Shown: positions 34,882 to 45,316 of the stretch, one piece after another
Layout of the letters: each line of letters starts with the position of its first letter
Numbering within the stretch: the stretch's first letter is position 1
Assembly: GCA_023267635.1 (NCBI GenBank)
Contig: JAHFMX010000002.1
Coordinates: 21,307-85,306, forward strand
Length of the DNA: 64,000 nucleotides
DNA from: a bacterium
GTDB taxonomy: Bacteria; Patescibacteriota; Minisyncoccia; Phycocordibacterales; UBA5272
Direction: 5' to 3'
Notes under the pieces: model-generated
What the model was told of the DNA's origin: nothing
The model's database searches: none
What the model saw: only the letters and a program-made list of their open reading frames with translations
Made by a program: the position numbers and the translations under genes

Positions 34882-37437
34882 TTACTTTGCAGCCATCAAC
34901 TGCTGATGCTCTTCTGTGTTTATTTCTCCACACTTCTTCCACTTCTTTCCTGATCCACATGGACATTCATCATTACGTCCAATCTTTTCTTTTGTAGTAC
35001 TTGCCTCCGCTCCTCCTTGATTAGGAATAACTGGTACAAAGTTCTGAGCGGCAGCAGCTTGTGCTTGCTGTTGCGCAAAAAATCCATCTAGGTTTTCTAT
35101 AAACAAAACAAGTTCACCGCGAAGTGTTGCTTCGAGATTCTTGAATGCTCGAAGACCTTCTTTCTTGTATTCAACAAGTGGATCTCGTTGTCCGTATGCA
35201 CGAAGGTTCACTGAACTACGAAGATGTTCCATAGAATCCAAATGTTCCATCCACAATGTGTCAATAATCTGGAGCATCATAACACGCACGATGTGGTGCA
35301 CAGCTTCTTTCGAATACTTTTCTTCCTTAGCTTTAATAGTGTCAGCAAGTTCTGGTTTCTCCGCAACAAGTTCTGCAAAAATTTCTTCAACAATTCCTTC
35401 ATCTCCGTAGAGAATCTTGCGACGCTTACTGTAAATACTTGTACGCTGGTGATTCAAAACATCGTCATACTGAAGTGTGTGCTTTCGAGTATCGAAGTGG
35501 AATCCTTCGATCTTTTCCTGAGCCCCTTCAAGCGCACGAGATACAAGCTTTGAAGCAACTGGTTCATCTTCTGGAATACCGAAGCGTCCCATCATGTTTT
35601 TAATGTTTGATGAACCGAACACACGCATCAAATCATCTTCAAGTGACACGAAGAACTGTGTTTCTCCAACATCCCCCTGACGTCCTGAACGACCACGGAG
35701 CTGATTATCGATACGACGAGCTTCATGACGTTCTGTACCAATAACATACAAACCTCCATATGAAAGTACATCTTCTCGTTCTGATTCTGTAGCTGAAGGA
35801 CCACCTAACTTAATGTCCACTCCACGACCCGCCATGTTTGTAGCAATAGTTACGGCACCTTTCTTTCCAGCCTCTGCAACAATTTCTCCTTCCTTCTCAT
35901 GATTCTTCGCATTAAGAACAGCATGTGGCACACCAGCACGTTTAAGGTATTCTGAAATCTCTTCGTTCTTTTCAATTGAAATAGTACCAATAAGAACTGG
36001 TTGTCCTTTCTCATTAAGTTCCTTCACCTTTTTAGTAAGTGCTTGCCACTTACCCTTTTCTGTTTGGAAAATATAATCCTCATGATCCTTACGTCTAATT
36101 TCGTTGTGTGTTGGAACAGGTGTTACAACAAGACCATACACTTTATAGAATTCTTCCTTTGATGTTTCTGCAGTTCCTGTCATTCCAGCAAGCTTTTCAT
36201 AGAAGCGGAAGTAGTTCTGGAATGTGATAGACGCAAGTGTGCGTGACTCTTGCTCAATCTTTACTCCTTCTTTTGCTTCTACTGCCTGATGAAGCCCGTC
36301 TGACCAACGACGTCCTGGTTGCATGCGACCCGTAAATTCATCCACAATCACAACCGCACCATCACGTACCACGTATTCACGTTCACGAATAAAGAGTGCT
36401 TTTGCTTTAACAGCAGTTTCCAAATGATGCACCTGCTTTACTCCTTCTAGAGAATAGATGTTTGCTATACCGAGCGCACTTTCTGCTTTTGTAATACCAG
36501 CTTCTGTGAGAGAAATAGCTCGCTGCTTTTCATCTACTGTATAATCGTCCCCTTCAATAAGGTCGTTAGCAATGTGTGAAAACTTTTTATATAAATCACT
36601 TGATTCCTGCGCTGGTGCAGAAATAATAAGCGGAGTACGTGCTTCATCAATAAGGATTGAGTCGATTTCATCCACAATCGCATAGTGATGAGTATGCTGT
36701 GCAATAGCTTCTTTACTGTATCCGATGTTGTCGCGAAGATAATCGAATCCAAACTCGTTGTTTGTTCCATAGGTAATGTCTGCTAAGTACGCTTCCTGAC
36801 GATTACAGGTCTTAAGGAAATCATATACAACTTTGTACGACCCAACTTCATCACGAATAGCGTCTTCTTCTGTTTGAACTTTAGCACTTGAATCATACAT
36901 GAATGATGTCTGGTGGTTGATGACCGAAACAGAAAGACCGAGCGCATCATATACCTGACCCATCCATACTGCATCACGACGTGAAAGATAATCATTCACG
37001 GTAACAATGTGCACACCTCGTCCAGTGAGCGCATTCAAATACGCAGGGAGTGTCGCAACAAGTGTTTTACCTTCTCCTGTTCTCATTTCTGCAATATGTC
37101 CACGGTGAAGAAGCATTCCTCCAATAACCTGTACACGGTAGTGCATCATATGAAGTGTACGACGAGCACTTTCACGCACAAGAGCAAATGCTTCTGGAAG
37201 AACTTCATCAAGTACTTTCTTTTCAACACGCTTTAGTTCATCTCCTTTGAGACCCTCAAGCTCTTTCATAACGCGGGCTTTAAGGGCAAGACCTCTATTC
37301 TTAAGAAGCTCATCAGTGAGTCCTTTTAATTCTTCCTCATATGAAAATACCTTGTCAGCAACAGGTTGGAGAGATTTTATAAGCTTTTTTGACTCGTCTG
37401 GGAAAATAGACGCAATTCCTTTAGAAAATAGAGACAT
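34882..37437 (-). CDS. secA: Preprotein translocase ATPase SecA
   Basis: 851 aa. MRTGEGKTLVATLPAYLNAL, DEAD-like motifs, and a C-terminal zinc finger CPCGSGKKWKKC. Confidence 0.9.
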   Translation of the reverse strand: MSLFSKGIASIFPDESKKLIKSLQPVADKVFSYEEELKGLTDELLKNRGLALKARVMKELEGLKGDELKRVEKKVLDEVLPEAFALVRESARRTLHMMHYRVQVIGGMLLHRGHIAEMRTGEGKTLVATLPAYLNALTGRGVHIVTVNDYLSRRDAVWMGQVYDALGLSVSVINHQTSFMYDSSAKVQTEEDAIRDEVGSYKVVYDFLKTCNRQEAYLADITYGTNNEFGFDYLRDNIGYSKEAIAQHTHHYAIVDEIDSILIDEARTPLIISAPAQESSDLYKKFSHIANDLIEGDDYTVDEKQRAISLTEAGITKAESALGIANIYSLEGVKQVHHLETAVKAKALFIREREYVVRDGAVVIVDEFTGRMQPGRRWSDGLHQAVEAKEGVKIEQESRTLASITFQNYFRFYEKLAGMTGTAETSKEEFYKVYGLVVTPVPTHNEIRRKDHEDYIFQTEKGKWQALTKKVKELNEKGQPVLIGTISIEKNEEISEYLKRAGVPHAVLNAKNHEKEGEIVAEAGKKGAVTIATNMAGRGVDIKLGGPSATESEREDVLSYGGLYVIGTERHEARRIDNQLRGRSGRQGDVGETQFFVSLEDDLMRVFGSSNIKNMMGRFGIPEDEPVASKLVSRALEGAQEKIEGFHFDTRKHTLQYDDVLNHQRTSIYSKRRKILYGDEGIVEEIFAELVAEKPELADTIKAKEEKYSKEAVHHIVRVMMLQIIDTLWMEHLDSMEHLRSSVNLRAYGQRDPLVEYKKEGLRAFKNLEATLRGELVLFIENLDGFFAQQQAQAAAAQNFVPVIPNQGGAEASTTKEKIGRNDECPCGSGKKWKKCGEINTEEHQQLMAAK

Positions 37438-37611
37438 AAGGGTTACATTATAGCATATTTAGAGGTATTTTACCTCGTTTGTATTGATGTTTTTATTTAG
37501 ATGTTTCAGGTGCGCGACGCGGATCTAGGAGCGAAGAGCGACGAAGAGTCCCGTAGCTAGTAAGCGAAGGAACATTTGACTTCACCTTACAAAGCAAGTG
37601 GACATATAAAC

Positions 37612-37643
37612 AAAAAAGCACCCGTGGGAGTGGGTGCTTTTTT
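37612..37643. terminator. Bidirectional terminator
   Basis: aaaaaagcaccc-gtgggagt-gggtgctttttt. Confidence 0.55.
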
Positions 37644-37661
37644 GAAAATCGCAAGCGATGA

Positions 37662-37784
37662 CTATGCACGCTTTGCTGACTTCTTTGCTGACTTCTTCTT
37701 TGCAACTTTCTTAGTAGCCTTCTTTGCTGCCTTCTTGACTGCCTTCTTTGCTACTTTCTTTGCTGCTTTCTTCTTTGCTGCCAT
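37662..37784 (-). CDS. Histone H1-like lysine/alanine-rich nucleoid protein
   Basis: MAAKKKAAKKVAKKAVKKAAKKATKKVAKKKSAKKSAKRA. The start is taken at the internal Met; the longer ORF extends to 37877. Confidence 0.5.
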   Translation of the reverse strand: MAAKKKAAKKVAKKAVKKAAKKATKKVAKKKSAKKSAKRA

Positions 37785-38060
37785 AAAATTATTTTTATTA
37801 TACAAATAAGAGAGTGTTTTGTAATTTGTTTTTATGATCACGACCATGATCACTACTCTCTTATATAAGTATGACACTCATACAACTACACACAAGATAA
37901 AAAATAGTTTTATGTGTGGATAACTCAAATTATTTTTTTAGTAAAAAAAATTTAAAATAATTTTTAAAAATAAAAAGAAAATACTTGTATGTGTATACAT
38001 GCAAATGCGAAGATATTGCAAAATAAATACACGAACTACTATCTACATAAAGCGCTTATG

Positions 38061-38105
38061 TACCAATACAAAAGCGATGCTTATCGCATCGCTTTTGTAT
38101 TGGTA
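38061..38105. terminator. Perfect 20-bp stem hairpin (bidirectional terminator) downstream of the SET gene
   Basis: taccaatacaaaagcgatgc-ttatc-gcatcgcttttgtattggta. Confidence 0.55.
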
Positions 38106-38113
38106 CGTTTTTA

Positions 38114-38698
38114 TTATTTAGTTTTCTTCTCTGCTTCTTCTGTTTCGCTAACTCCTTTAGCGCCGTAAGAATGTTTTTTAGCAACACATCTACATCCGTA
38201 CGGTGAAATGTATTCTTTCACAAATTCTTCTCCATAATCATACACAATCTCATCTCCTTCTTTAATATTTTTAATTGCTGATATAAATACTCTTCCTTTT
38301 TTGATATCACTTTCAGCGTTTGCGGCTTCTTCACATGCGTGATTACAATAGCGAGCAATGTTCCATCGCACCTGTCCGTTGATTGTCTTGTTACGATTGA
38401 TCTCGAAAAGATACTGATTAGTTGTAATCTTGTCTGACTCCTCTTTATTTAAAATAATTCCAATGTACTCAATAATCAACTCCCCTTTCTTGATATTCTC
38501 TCCTGCGAAGAGCCCTAATCCTGCAAGCCCTCTTTTAACCTTAACCACTTTAAAGTGATGATCTGGTAAATTCTTAGTATTTGGTGATACTTTTTCAATC
38601 ACCTTCTTCTTTGATACAGATGCTTTCTTTAAAATCTTTGACTGTTTGTCTAACTTCTTTCCAACTGCTTTCGTGGCCGTCTTGCTTTTCTTTGTCAT
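38114..38698 (-). CDS. SET-domain protein lysine methyltransferase with Lys-rich N-terminal tail
   Basis: GELIIEYIGIIL, NHACEEAAN (NHSC-like motif), EIVYDYGEEF, and post-SET cysteines CRCVAKK. The N-terminal tail is MTKKSKTATKAVGKKL. Confidence 0.65.
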   Translation of the reverse strand: MTKKSKTATKAVGKKLDKQSKILKKASVSKKKVIEKVSPNTKNLPDHHFKVVKVKRGLAGLGLFAGENIKKGELIIEYIGIILNKEESDKITTNQYLFEINRNKTINGQVRWNIARYCNHACEEAANAESDIKKGRVFISAIKNIKEGDEIVYDYGEEFVKEYISPYGCRCVAKKHSYGAKGVSETEEAEKKTK

Positions 38699-38784
38699 AA
38701 TGCATGAAAGCATACTATATATAGACACCACACAGCAAGAAAACAGGGGTAAAAATTATAAAAAAATGATAGGATACATAGTAT

Positions 38785-40926
38785 ATGAAACAAGTTCCAG
38801 AGCAATTAACTAAACCTTTTGATGCAGCTTCTGTAGAAGCCCCTTTATACGAGATGTGGGAGAAGAGCGGATATTTCAATCCAGATAACCTTCCAGGTGA
38901 AAGAAAAGAAGCGTATACAATTGTTTTACCTCCACCTAACGTAACGGGAACACTTCACACAGGACATGCAATCATGCTTGGAATTCAGGACACACTTATG
39001 CGATACAAGCGTATGCAAGGATATAAAGCTTTGTGGCTTCCAGGAACAGACCACGCGGCAATTGCCACACAATCAGTAGTTGAAAAAAAGATTTATAAAG
39101 AAGAAGGAAAATCTCGACATGATATTGGACGTGAAGAGATGCTTGCACGTATTAATGAGTTCGCACTTGAAAGCCAGAAGACAATTCTTGCCCAAACACG
39201 TTCTATGGGAGCTTCCCTTGATTGGTCGCGACTTGCTTTTACGTTGGATGACAAGCGTAACCTTGCAGTACGTACGATGTTCAAGAAAATGTATGATGAT
39301 GGACTTATTTATCGTGGACAACGCATTGTGAACTGGGACCCAAAAGGTCAAACGACTATTAGTGATGATGAAACTGTAGCAGAAGAACGTAAAGGGACCC
39401 TCTATACGTTTAAATACAGCAAGGACTTCCCTATCGCTATTTCTTCAACACGACCTGAAACAAAAGTAGGAGACGTTGCAGTTGCTGTTCACCCTGACGA
39501 TGAACGATATAAAGAATACGTAGGAAAAGAATATTCTATGATGTTTGCTGGGTGCCCTATTACGATCAAAGTGATTGCTGATACTGCTGTTGAGAAAGAC
39601 TTTGGAACAGGAGCTCTTGGGGTAACTCCAGCGCACAGTGCAATTGACTGGGACATTAAAGAACGACACGGGTTACCTTCACGACAAGTTATCAATGAAT
39701 ATGCAAAGATGTTCGGACTTGAGAACGAAGAGCTAAACGGTAAGAAAGTTACAGAAGCACGAGAATATATCGTGGAGTGGCTTCGTACAGAAGGTCTTCT
39801 TACGAGCGAAGAGGAAGTAACACAAAATATTCCAACAGCAGAACGAACTGGTGGCGTTATTGAGCCGTTACCAAAGTTACAGTGGTTCGTTGCAGTACAT
39901 AAGACATTCAATCATTTTGGAAAGGAAACAACACTCAAGAATCTTATGATTCAGGCAGTTGAAAGCAAAGAAACTTCAATCATTCCTGATAGATTCGAAA
40001 AAGTGTACTTCCACTGGATTGAAAACTTGCGTGACTGGTGTATTAGTCGTCAGATCTGGTACGGACACCGAATCCCTGTTTGGTACAAAGGTGATGAAGT
40101 TCACTGCGGAACAGAAGCTCCTACTGGTGAAGGGTGGGTACAAGATGAAGACACGCTTGATACGTGGTTCTCTTCTGGTATGTGGACCTTCTCAACACTT
40201 GGTTGGCCAGAACAAACCAATGACATGAAAATCTACCACCCTACTTCTCTTGTTGAAACAGGTCCAGATATTATTTTCTTTTGGGTTGCTCGTATGATTC
40301 TTTTCTCAACATACGCACTTAATGAAATTCCTTTTAAGCATGTATACCTTCATGGACTTGTTCGAGATGCTCAGGGACGCAAAATGAGTAAGTCATTAGG
40401 AAATGCGCTCGACCCTCGTGAACTTTCACTTAAATACGGAACCGACTCATTACGCATGGCACTTCTTGTGGGCAATGGACCAGGGAATGATCTTAAGCTA
40501 AGCGAAGACAAGATTAAAGCCTACAAGCTTTTCTCAAACAAAATATGGAACGCCTCACGCTTTGTTCTTGATAGAACAGTTGACCTCGAATCCCCTGCTC
40601 CGCTTACAACTGAAGATACAGCACTTTACGATGCATGGAGAGTGGTACAGGCTGATATTACTTCCGATTTAGAGAATTACCGCCTCCATCTTGGATCGGA
40701 GAAAATATATGACTACTTCTGGAAGACTTTTTGTGATCAGATTATTGAAACACATAAGGTTCGTATTGCAGAAGATAAAGACAAAGCGAGTGCTCAAACA
40801 CTTCTCATGAAGCTCCTCCGTGAACAACTTATTGTACTTCATCCATTCATGCCTTTTATTTCAGAGGAACTTTGGAAGTACGTTAAAGATGATGCCGATG
40901 ATCTCTTGATGGTTACACGCTGGTAA
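38785..40926 (+). CDS. valS: Valyl-tRNA synthetase (compact form)
   Basis: HIGH region PPPNVTGTLHTGHA and KMSKS GRKMSKSLGN. 713 aa; the C-terminal coiled coil is absent. Confidence 0.7.
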   Translation: MKQVPEQLTKPFDAASVEAPLYEMWEKSGYFNPDNLPGERKEAYTIVLPPPNVTGTLHTGHAIMLGIQDTLMRYKRMQGYKALWLPGTDHAAIATQSVVEKKIYKEEGKSRHDIGREEMLARINEFALESQKTILAQTRSMGASLDWSRLAFTLDDKRNLAVRTMFKKMYDDGLIYRGQRIVNWDPKGQTTISDDETVAEERKGTLYTFKYSKDFPIAISSTRPETKVGDVAVAVHPDDERYKEYVGKEYSMMFAGCPITIKVIADTAVEKDFGTGALGVTPAHSAIDWDIKERHGLPSRQVINEYAKMFGLENEELNGKKVTEAREYIVEWLRTEGLLTSEEEVTQNIPTAERTGGVIEPLPKLQWFVAVHKTFNHFGKETTLKNLMIQAVESKETSIIPDRFEKVYFHWIENLRDWCISRQIWYGHRIPVWYKGDEVHCGTEAPTGEGWVQDEDTLDTWFSSGMWTFSTLGWPEQTNDMKIYHPTSLVETGPDIIFFWVARMILFSTYALNEIPFKHVYLHGLVRDAQGRKMSKSLGNALDPRELSLKYGTDSLRMALLVGNGPGNDLKLSEDKIKAYKLFSNKIWNASRFVLDRTVDLESPAPLTTEDTALYDAWRVVQADITSDLENYRLHLGSEKIYDYFWKTFCDQIIETHKVRIAEDKDKASAQTLLMKLLREQLIVLHPFMPFISEELWKYVKDDADDLLMVTRW

Positions 40927-41044
40927 TTTCATTTCTCTTTTCTTGTTGTTTTCTTCTGTGAGTTAGGTCTCTGTGTATAACTTCTCGCACATATTGACAG
41001 CAGTGGTTGTATACTGCACTTATACACCCCTAACAAATTTTATT

Positions 41045-41584
41045 ATGCTTAAAGAAAAGAAATCATTTTTCGAGCGACTTGCTGGCTCGATAAGCGTTGA
41101 TGATGAAGATGAGATTGACTTCATTCCTGAAGAAGATGAGGAGGAAGTTCCAATTAAACACGTAGGAAAAAGAGCTGAAGTTCCTATGCCAAAAAATCGC
41201 CAACATATTGCACATATTGAAGATCATGATGATGACGACGATACAGCAATGGAAGAAGGAGAGCTCTCAGTAGATGTGTACCAAACATCAAACGAAATTA
41301 TTATTGAAGCGATGGTTGCTGGCGTTAAACCAGAAGACCTTCACCTTTCAATAACACGAGACATGGTAACTATTAAGGGTCGCCGAGATGGTAACACTCA
41401 GGTAACGCATGACGATTACTTCTACAAAGAACTCTACTGGGGATCATTCACTCGTACTATCCTCCTTCCACATGAAGTAGAGATTGAAGAAGCAGAAGCT
41501 GTTGAGAAGCATGGACTCCTCATCATCCGTCTTCCAAAACTAGACAAAGCACGACAAGCAAAGCTTAAGGTTAAAAGTATTTAG
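41045..41584 (+). CDS. Hsp20/alpha-crystallin family small heat-shock protein
   Basis: LSVDVYQTSNEIIIEAMVAGVKPEDLHLSI alpha-crystallin domain. An acidic linker precedes it. The start was moved to 41045. Confidence 0.75.
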   Translation: MLKEKKSFFERLAGSISVDDEDEIDFIPEEDEEEVPIKHVGKRAEVPMPKNRQHIAHIEDHDDDDDTAMEEGELSVDVYQTSNEIIIEAMVAGVKPEDLHLSITRDMVTIKGRRDGNTQVTHDDYFYKELYWGSFTRTILLPHEVEIEEAEAVEKHGLLIIRLPKLDKARQAKLKVKSI

Positions 41585-41597
41585 TAAGAAATACAAA

Positions 41598-41623
41598 ATC
41601 CGCATCTAAGATGCGGATTTTGT
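41598..41623 (+). terminator. Rho-independent terminator after hsp20
   Basis: aaatccgcatc-taa-gatgcggatttt. Confidence 0.6.
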
Positions 41624-41978
41624 TATTTCATCAACTGTTTGACAATAATTAGTAAAACTATGAGATTAATTGTTTCGATCATTCTATTTTGATTACCTTG
41701 CCCAAAAGGTATTTCAAAATAGAAAATACCCTTAGAGCTGTTTTTAATAAAAAACAAACTATCTACTCGGTATTGACTACTTCACTCTTATAAATTAAAT
41801 ATAACAAACCATATCAAAATTGCAATACGGCAGGAACCACTTCGTTTTCGGTCACAAGAGCACTCGCTTCGCTCGAGAAGCTCTCGCGACCCCTATTCGA
41901 TTCCTGACACAAGTGACGCAGGTCACTTGCTCCGAGGACACAAAAAGAAAACCCCTTTCGGGGATTCTTCTTTTTGTG

Positions 41979-42048
41979 TCCTCGGCAGGAATCGAACCCA
42001 CAATAACTCCTTAGGACGGAGCAGTTATATCCATTTAACTACGAGGAC
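41979..42048 (-). tRNA. tRNA-Arg (anticodon CCU)
   Basis: Reverse complement is GTCCTCG-TA-GTT..AAC-TG-CTCC-GTCCTAA-GGAG..GGGTTCGATTCCTGCC-GAGGAC-A. A strong terminator hairpin (ggacacaaaaagaa.../...ttctttttgtgtcc) overlaps its 3' end. Confidence 0.6.
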
Positions 42049-42128
42049 CTGTCTGCGTGGCAGGCGTACAGCGATTCTAACACATTTTATCCACTGACGA
42101 ATATATGAAATAAGGTATACTAGAAACT

Positions 42129-42467
42129 ATGTCTGACCCAGATTTAACTAACCAGGAAAAGCTAGAGGAAGTATACCGTCTCACTCTTGAGAACAACCAC
42201 ATTCTTCACAAAATACAGAATCGTGATCGCATAACCATCATCATACGTATTGTGTACTGGCTAGCAATACTTGGAGCTCTTGGAGGAGCATACTACTACG
42301 TTCGCCCCTTTGTGGATTCTATTGCAGCAAGTAATTCACGAGCAGATGGGATTATTCACCAGTTTGAAAATCTCCGTTCACAATTTCCAGAAACGAAAGC
42401 ATTCCAAGAATTCTTCAATCAATTCAAAAATACTAACGAAGCAAGTTCTACGACAGCGCAAGGATAA
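42129..42467 (+). CDS. Hypothetical single-TM protein
   Basis: 112 aa with one TM (IIIRIVYWLAILGALGGAYYYV). Confidence 0.35.
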   Translation: MSDPDLTNQEKLEEVYRLTLENNHILHKIQNRDRITIIIRIVYWLAILGALGGAYYYVRPFVDSIAASNSRADGIIHQFENLRSQFPETKAFQEFFNQFKNTNEASSTTAQG

Positions 42468-42515
42468 TCGTACTTTTCTAGGTGCTTATTTTATGATAGT
42501 ATGAAAGACATACAT

Positions 42516-42591
42516 GCTTGGATAGCTCAGTTGGTAGAGCGCTTCCCTGAAGAGGAATAGGTCCCCAGTTCGAGCCTGGGTCCAAGCACCA
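42516..42591 (+). tRNA. tRNA-Phe (anticodon GAA)
   Basis: GCTTGGATAGCTCAGTTGGTAGAGCG-CTTCC-CTGAAGA-GGAAT..CCCAGTTCGAGCCTGGG-TCCAAGC-ACCA. CCA is encoded. Confidence 0.8.
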
Positions 42592-42595
42592 AAAG

Positions 42596-42627
42596 AAAAA
42601 CACCTACAATTTGTAGGTGTTTTTCTT
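42596..42627. terminator. Bidirectional terminator
   Basis: aaaaacacctacaa-tt-tgtaggtgttttt. Confidence 0.6.
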
Positions 42628-42636
42628 TACATTCTA

Positions 42637-42897
42637 TTACGCGGCAACCCCGAGAATCTTTGCCATCTGATCTGGATTAAACCCGACCATAACATCATTC
42701 TCTATTTTGATAACTGGCACTCCGAGCTGACCTGTAATTTCCACCATTTCCTTTCGCTTTTCCATGTCTTCTGCAACGTTATAGTCCGTATACGGAATAT
42801 TTTTTGCAGATAGCCACTCCTTTGCCATATGACAAAAGTGACATGTCGGCGTACTGTAAATCTCAATTAATTTATGTTCTTTAGTGTTTGTATCCAT
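42637..42897 (-). CDS. Glutaredoxin/NrdH-like thioredoxin-fold protein
   Basis: CHFC active site in a TPTCHFCHMAKEWL context. 86 aa. Confidence 0.6.
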   Translation of the reverse strand: MDTNTKEHKLIEIYSTPTCHFCHMAKEWLSAKNIPYTDYNVAEDMEKRKEMVEITGQLGVPVIKIENDVMVGFNPDQMAKILGVAA

Positions 42898-42920
42898 ATA
42901 AGTTCATTATACACTCCACA

Positions 42921-43313
42921 TTATTCTTTGGCAAAAAGTCCCTGCAAAAATACTTTTACATGCTCCCAGATAGTCATATCTGACTTTACTTCGGCAACAG
43001 AATTCTTATTTTCATCGTAAATAACAATCACACCCTCACCCTCCTTTACTACAGGATACGTAGTTCGAACGTATGTTTCAAATCCTCGCTGAGTGCTTAA
43101 GGCATCATTTTTCTCTTCAGCTCTCTTAACCTTCATTTCTAAATCTTGCCGCTCTGCCAAGGATTCTGCACGGAGTCTACTCACTTCAATACGCTTATTA
43201 TTTAACTCGACAATTGACCGTAACAACAGAACACAGAGAAGGAATAATATAACAATAGTTACTCTTGAATAGAGGATTGACCGCATCTGGTGCTTTTGTT
43301 GATATTCACGCAT
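42921..43313 (-). CDS. FtsB/DivIC-like septum formation initiator
   Basis: N-terminal TM, a coiled coil, and a short C-terminal domain. Confidence 0.4.
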   Translation of the reverse strand: MREYQQKHQMRSILYSRVTIVILFLLCVLLLRSIVELNNKRIEVSRLRAESLAERQDLEMKVKRAEEKNDALSTQRGFETYVRTTYPVVKEGEGVIVIYDENKNSVAEVKSDMTIWEHVKVFLQGLFAKE

Positions 43314-43511
43314 ATATGGGTTAGTATAAGATATACTTTAACATACCTAACATAAAGAACTATGATTTTCACAGGAAAAAACAAGAAATTAGTTACTCGT
43401 ATCTGGGCCTTCATTTCGATTCTCGCAATCATCGGCATGGTAGGATTCTCACTCGTAGCACTTATTGCATAAGTGCAGAAATAAAAAAGCGATGCTGCAA
43501 GCCTCGCTTTT

Positions 43512-45314
43512 TTATTTCTCTGTTGGCTTCATCATATTGAGGAACGTATCGTGAGAAATATGCACTTTTCCTTCACGTTCCATTCTATCCTTTCCGCGCT
43601 TCTGCTTTTCACGTAGTTTCATCTTTCGAGTAATGTCTCCTCCATACATATACCCTGTTACATCTTTCTTCATAGGTGCAATTGAACGAGACGCAACAAT
43701 TTTTCCATGAACATAGGATTGGATCTTTACACGGAATAATTCTCGAGGAAGAATCTTTTCTAGTTTCTCCACCACTTCCTCACTTTCTTCTCTCGCTCTG
43801 TATTCAGGAATAACGCGAGAAAAAGCAGATACTCGTTCTTCAGCAACATACACATCCAAACGTGTTACGTAGGCATCTTTCATTTCCCCCTTTTCATACA
43901 CAATTGAAGCGTATCCACTCGATGCTGACTTTACTTCATTAAAGAAGTTTCGCATAAGCTCACGAAGTGGCATATTAAGCGTTATCTTTACTCGGTCATG
44001 TCCCCAATCAGCAAGATCGGCAACGGTTGCTTCATGTGGTGGGAATAACTGCATTAAAGGACTCACATAATCATGAGGTGTGATGATGGTAAGAATAATC
44101 CAAGGTTCGCGAACCGATGTATACATACCATGGTCTGGAAAGTGAATCGGCGTGTACACCATTTCCACTTCTCCGTTTTTAAGTTTTACTTCATAGGTAA
44201 TAGAAGGCGTTGTAACAACAAGTTCCTGATCGAACTCACGCCGTAAACGTTCGGTCACAATTTCTAAGTGAAGCATTCCGAGGAATCCGCAACGAAATCC
44301 GCGCCCTAGAGCGCCTGACGATTCCTCCTCAAAGGTTAATGATGAATCAGAGAGCTTTAGTTTTGAGAGACTACTTCTAAGATCATCAAACTCATCTTGA
44401 GATTCAGGATAAATAGAAGCAAACACAATTGGCACAGGCTCCGCATATCCTGGGAAGGCCGCAAGCGGTCGAGACGCTGTGGTAACTGTATCTCCAACAC
44501 GTGCGATACCTGGCTCTTTGATGCCTGTCACAATGTACCCAATCTCACCCGCTCCTACCGTATCTGTTGGGCGCTTCTCTGGAGAAAATCTTCCAACCTC
44601 TCGAACAATAAATTTATGATTAGACTGTACGAACAAAAGCGTATCCCCCGCTTTAACACTTCCATCCAAAACACGTGTGTATAAAATAACACCCATGTGA
44701 TTGCTATATTCAAAGTCAAAAATAAGGGCACGAGCTTGATTCCCATCTCTATTCACAAACTCACTCTTTGGTTCTGGTACTCTCTTAATAATCTCCTCAA
44801 TAAGTTCTTGTACACCCTCTCCCGTTTTTCCAGATACTGCTAAAATTTCTGATTCATCGCAGTGAAGCAGTGCAACGATTTCTTCTTTCACATCAGCCAC
44901 ACGAGCAAGTGGACTATCAATTTTAGTTATAACAGGAATAATAGTAAGTCCAGAGTTTTTTGCCATTTCAAGAGTTGTCAGTGTCTGAGCCTGTATGCCT
45001 TGTGTAGAATCAACAAGAAGAAGCGTACCTTCTACCGCTTGAAGTGCGCGTGATACTTCGTACGAAAAATCAATATGCCCAGGAGTGTCGATGAGGTTGA
45101 GGATATACTCCTTACCATCAGAGCTTTTCCACCCCATGCGTACTGGAGTCATTTTAATGGTAATACCACGCTCTCGCTCGAGTTCCATTGAATCAAGGAC
45201 CTGTTCCTTCATGTGGCGCTTATCCACTGTTGAGGTAACCTCAAGAAGTCGATCTGCAAGAGTCGATTTACCATGATCAATATGGGCAATAATAGAGAAA
45301 TTTCGTATATTCAT
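43512..45314 (-). CDS. lepA: Elongation factor 4 (LepA)
   Basis: NFSIIAHIDHGKSTLADRLL G1 motif, DTPGHIDF, and a LepA C-terminal domain. 600 aa. Confidence 0.9.
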   Translation of the reverse strand: MNIRNFSIIAHIDHGKSTLADRLLEVTSTVDKRHMKEQVLDSMELERERGITIKMTPVRMGWKSSDGKEYILNLIDTPGHIDFSYEVSRALQAVEGTLLLVDSTQGIQAQTLTTLEMAKNSGLTIIPVITKIDSPLARVADVKEEIVALLHCDESEILAVSGKTGEGVQELIEEIIKRVPEPKSEFVNRDGNQARALIFDFEYSNHMGVILYTRVLDGSVKAGDTLLFVQSNHKFIVREVGRFSPEKRPTDTVGAGEIGYIVTGIKEPGIARVGDTVTTASRPLAAFPGYAEPVPIVFASIYPESQDEFDDLRSSLSKLKLSDSSLTFEEESSGALGRGFRCGFLGMLHLEIVTERLRREFDQELVVTTPSITYEVKLKNGEVEMVYTPIHFPDHGMYTSVREPWIILTIITPHDYVSPLMQLFPPHEATVADLADWGHDRVKITLNMPLRELMRNFFNEVKSASSGYASIVYEKGEMKDAYVTRLDVYVAEERVSAFSRVIPEYRAREESEEVVEKLEKILPRELFRVKIQSYVHGKIVASRSIAPMKKDVTGYMYGGDITRKMKLREKQKRGKDRMEREGKVHISHDTFLNMMKPTEK

Positions 45315-45316
45315 AC

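Noticed and set aside
37576-37809. 77-aa plus-strand ORF rich in Phe/Ala (FFAAFLTAFFATFF)
   Set aside because: Mirror-image translation of the AKK-repeat histone-like gene on the opposite strand.
41820-42014. 64-aa plus-strand ORF
   Set aside because: It overlaps tRNA-Arg and its terminator hairpin.
43362-43472. 36-aa hydrophobic ORF MIFTGKNKKLVTRIWAFISILAIIGMVGFSLVALIA
   Set aside because: It is a plausible small membrane peptide, but there is no homology evidence. It is not called.
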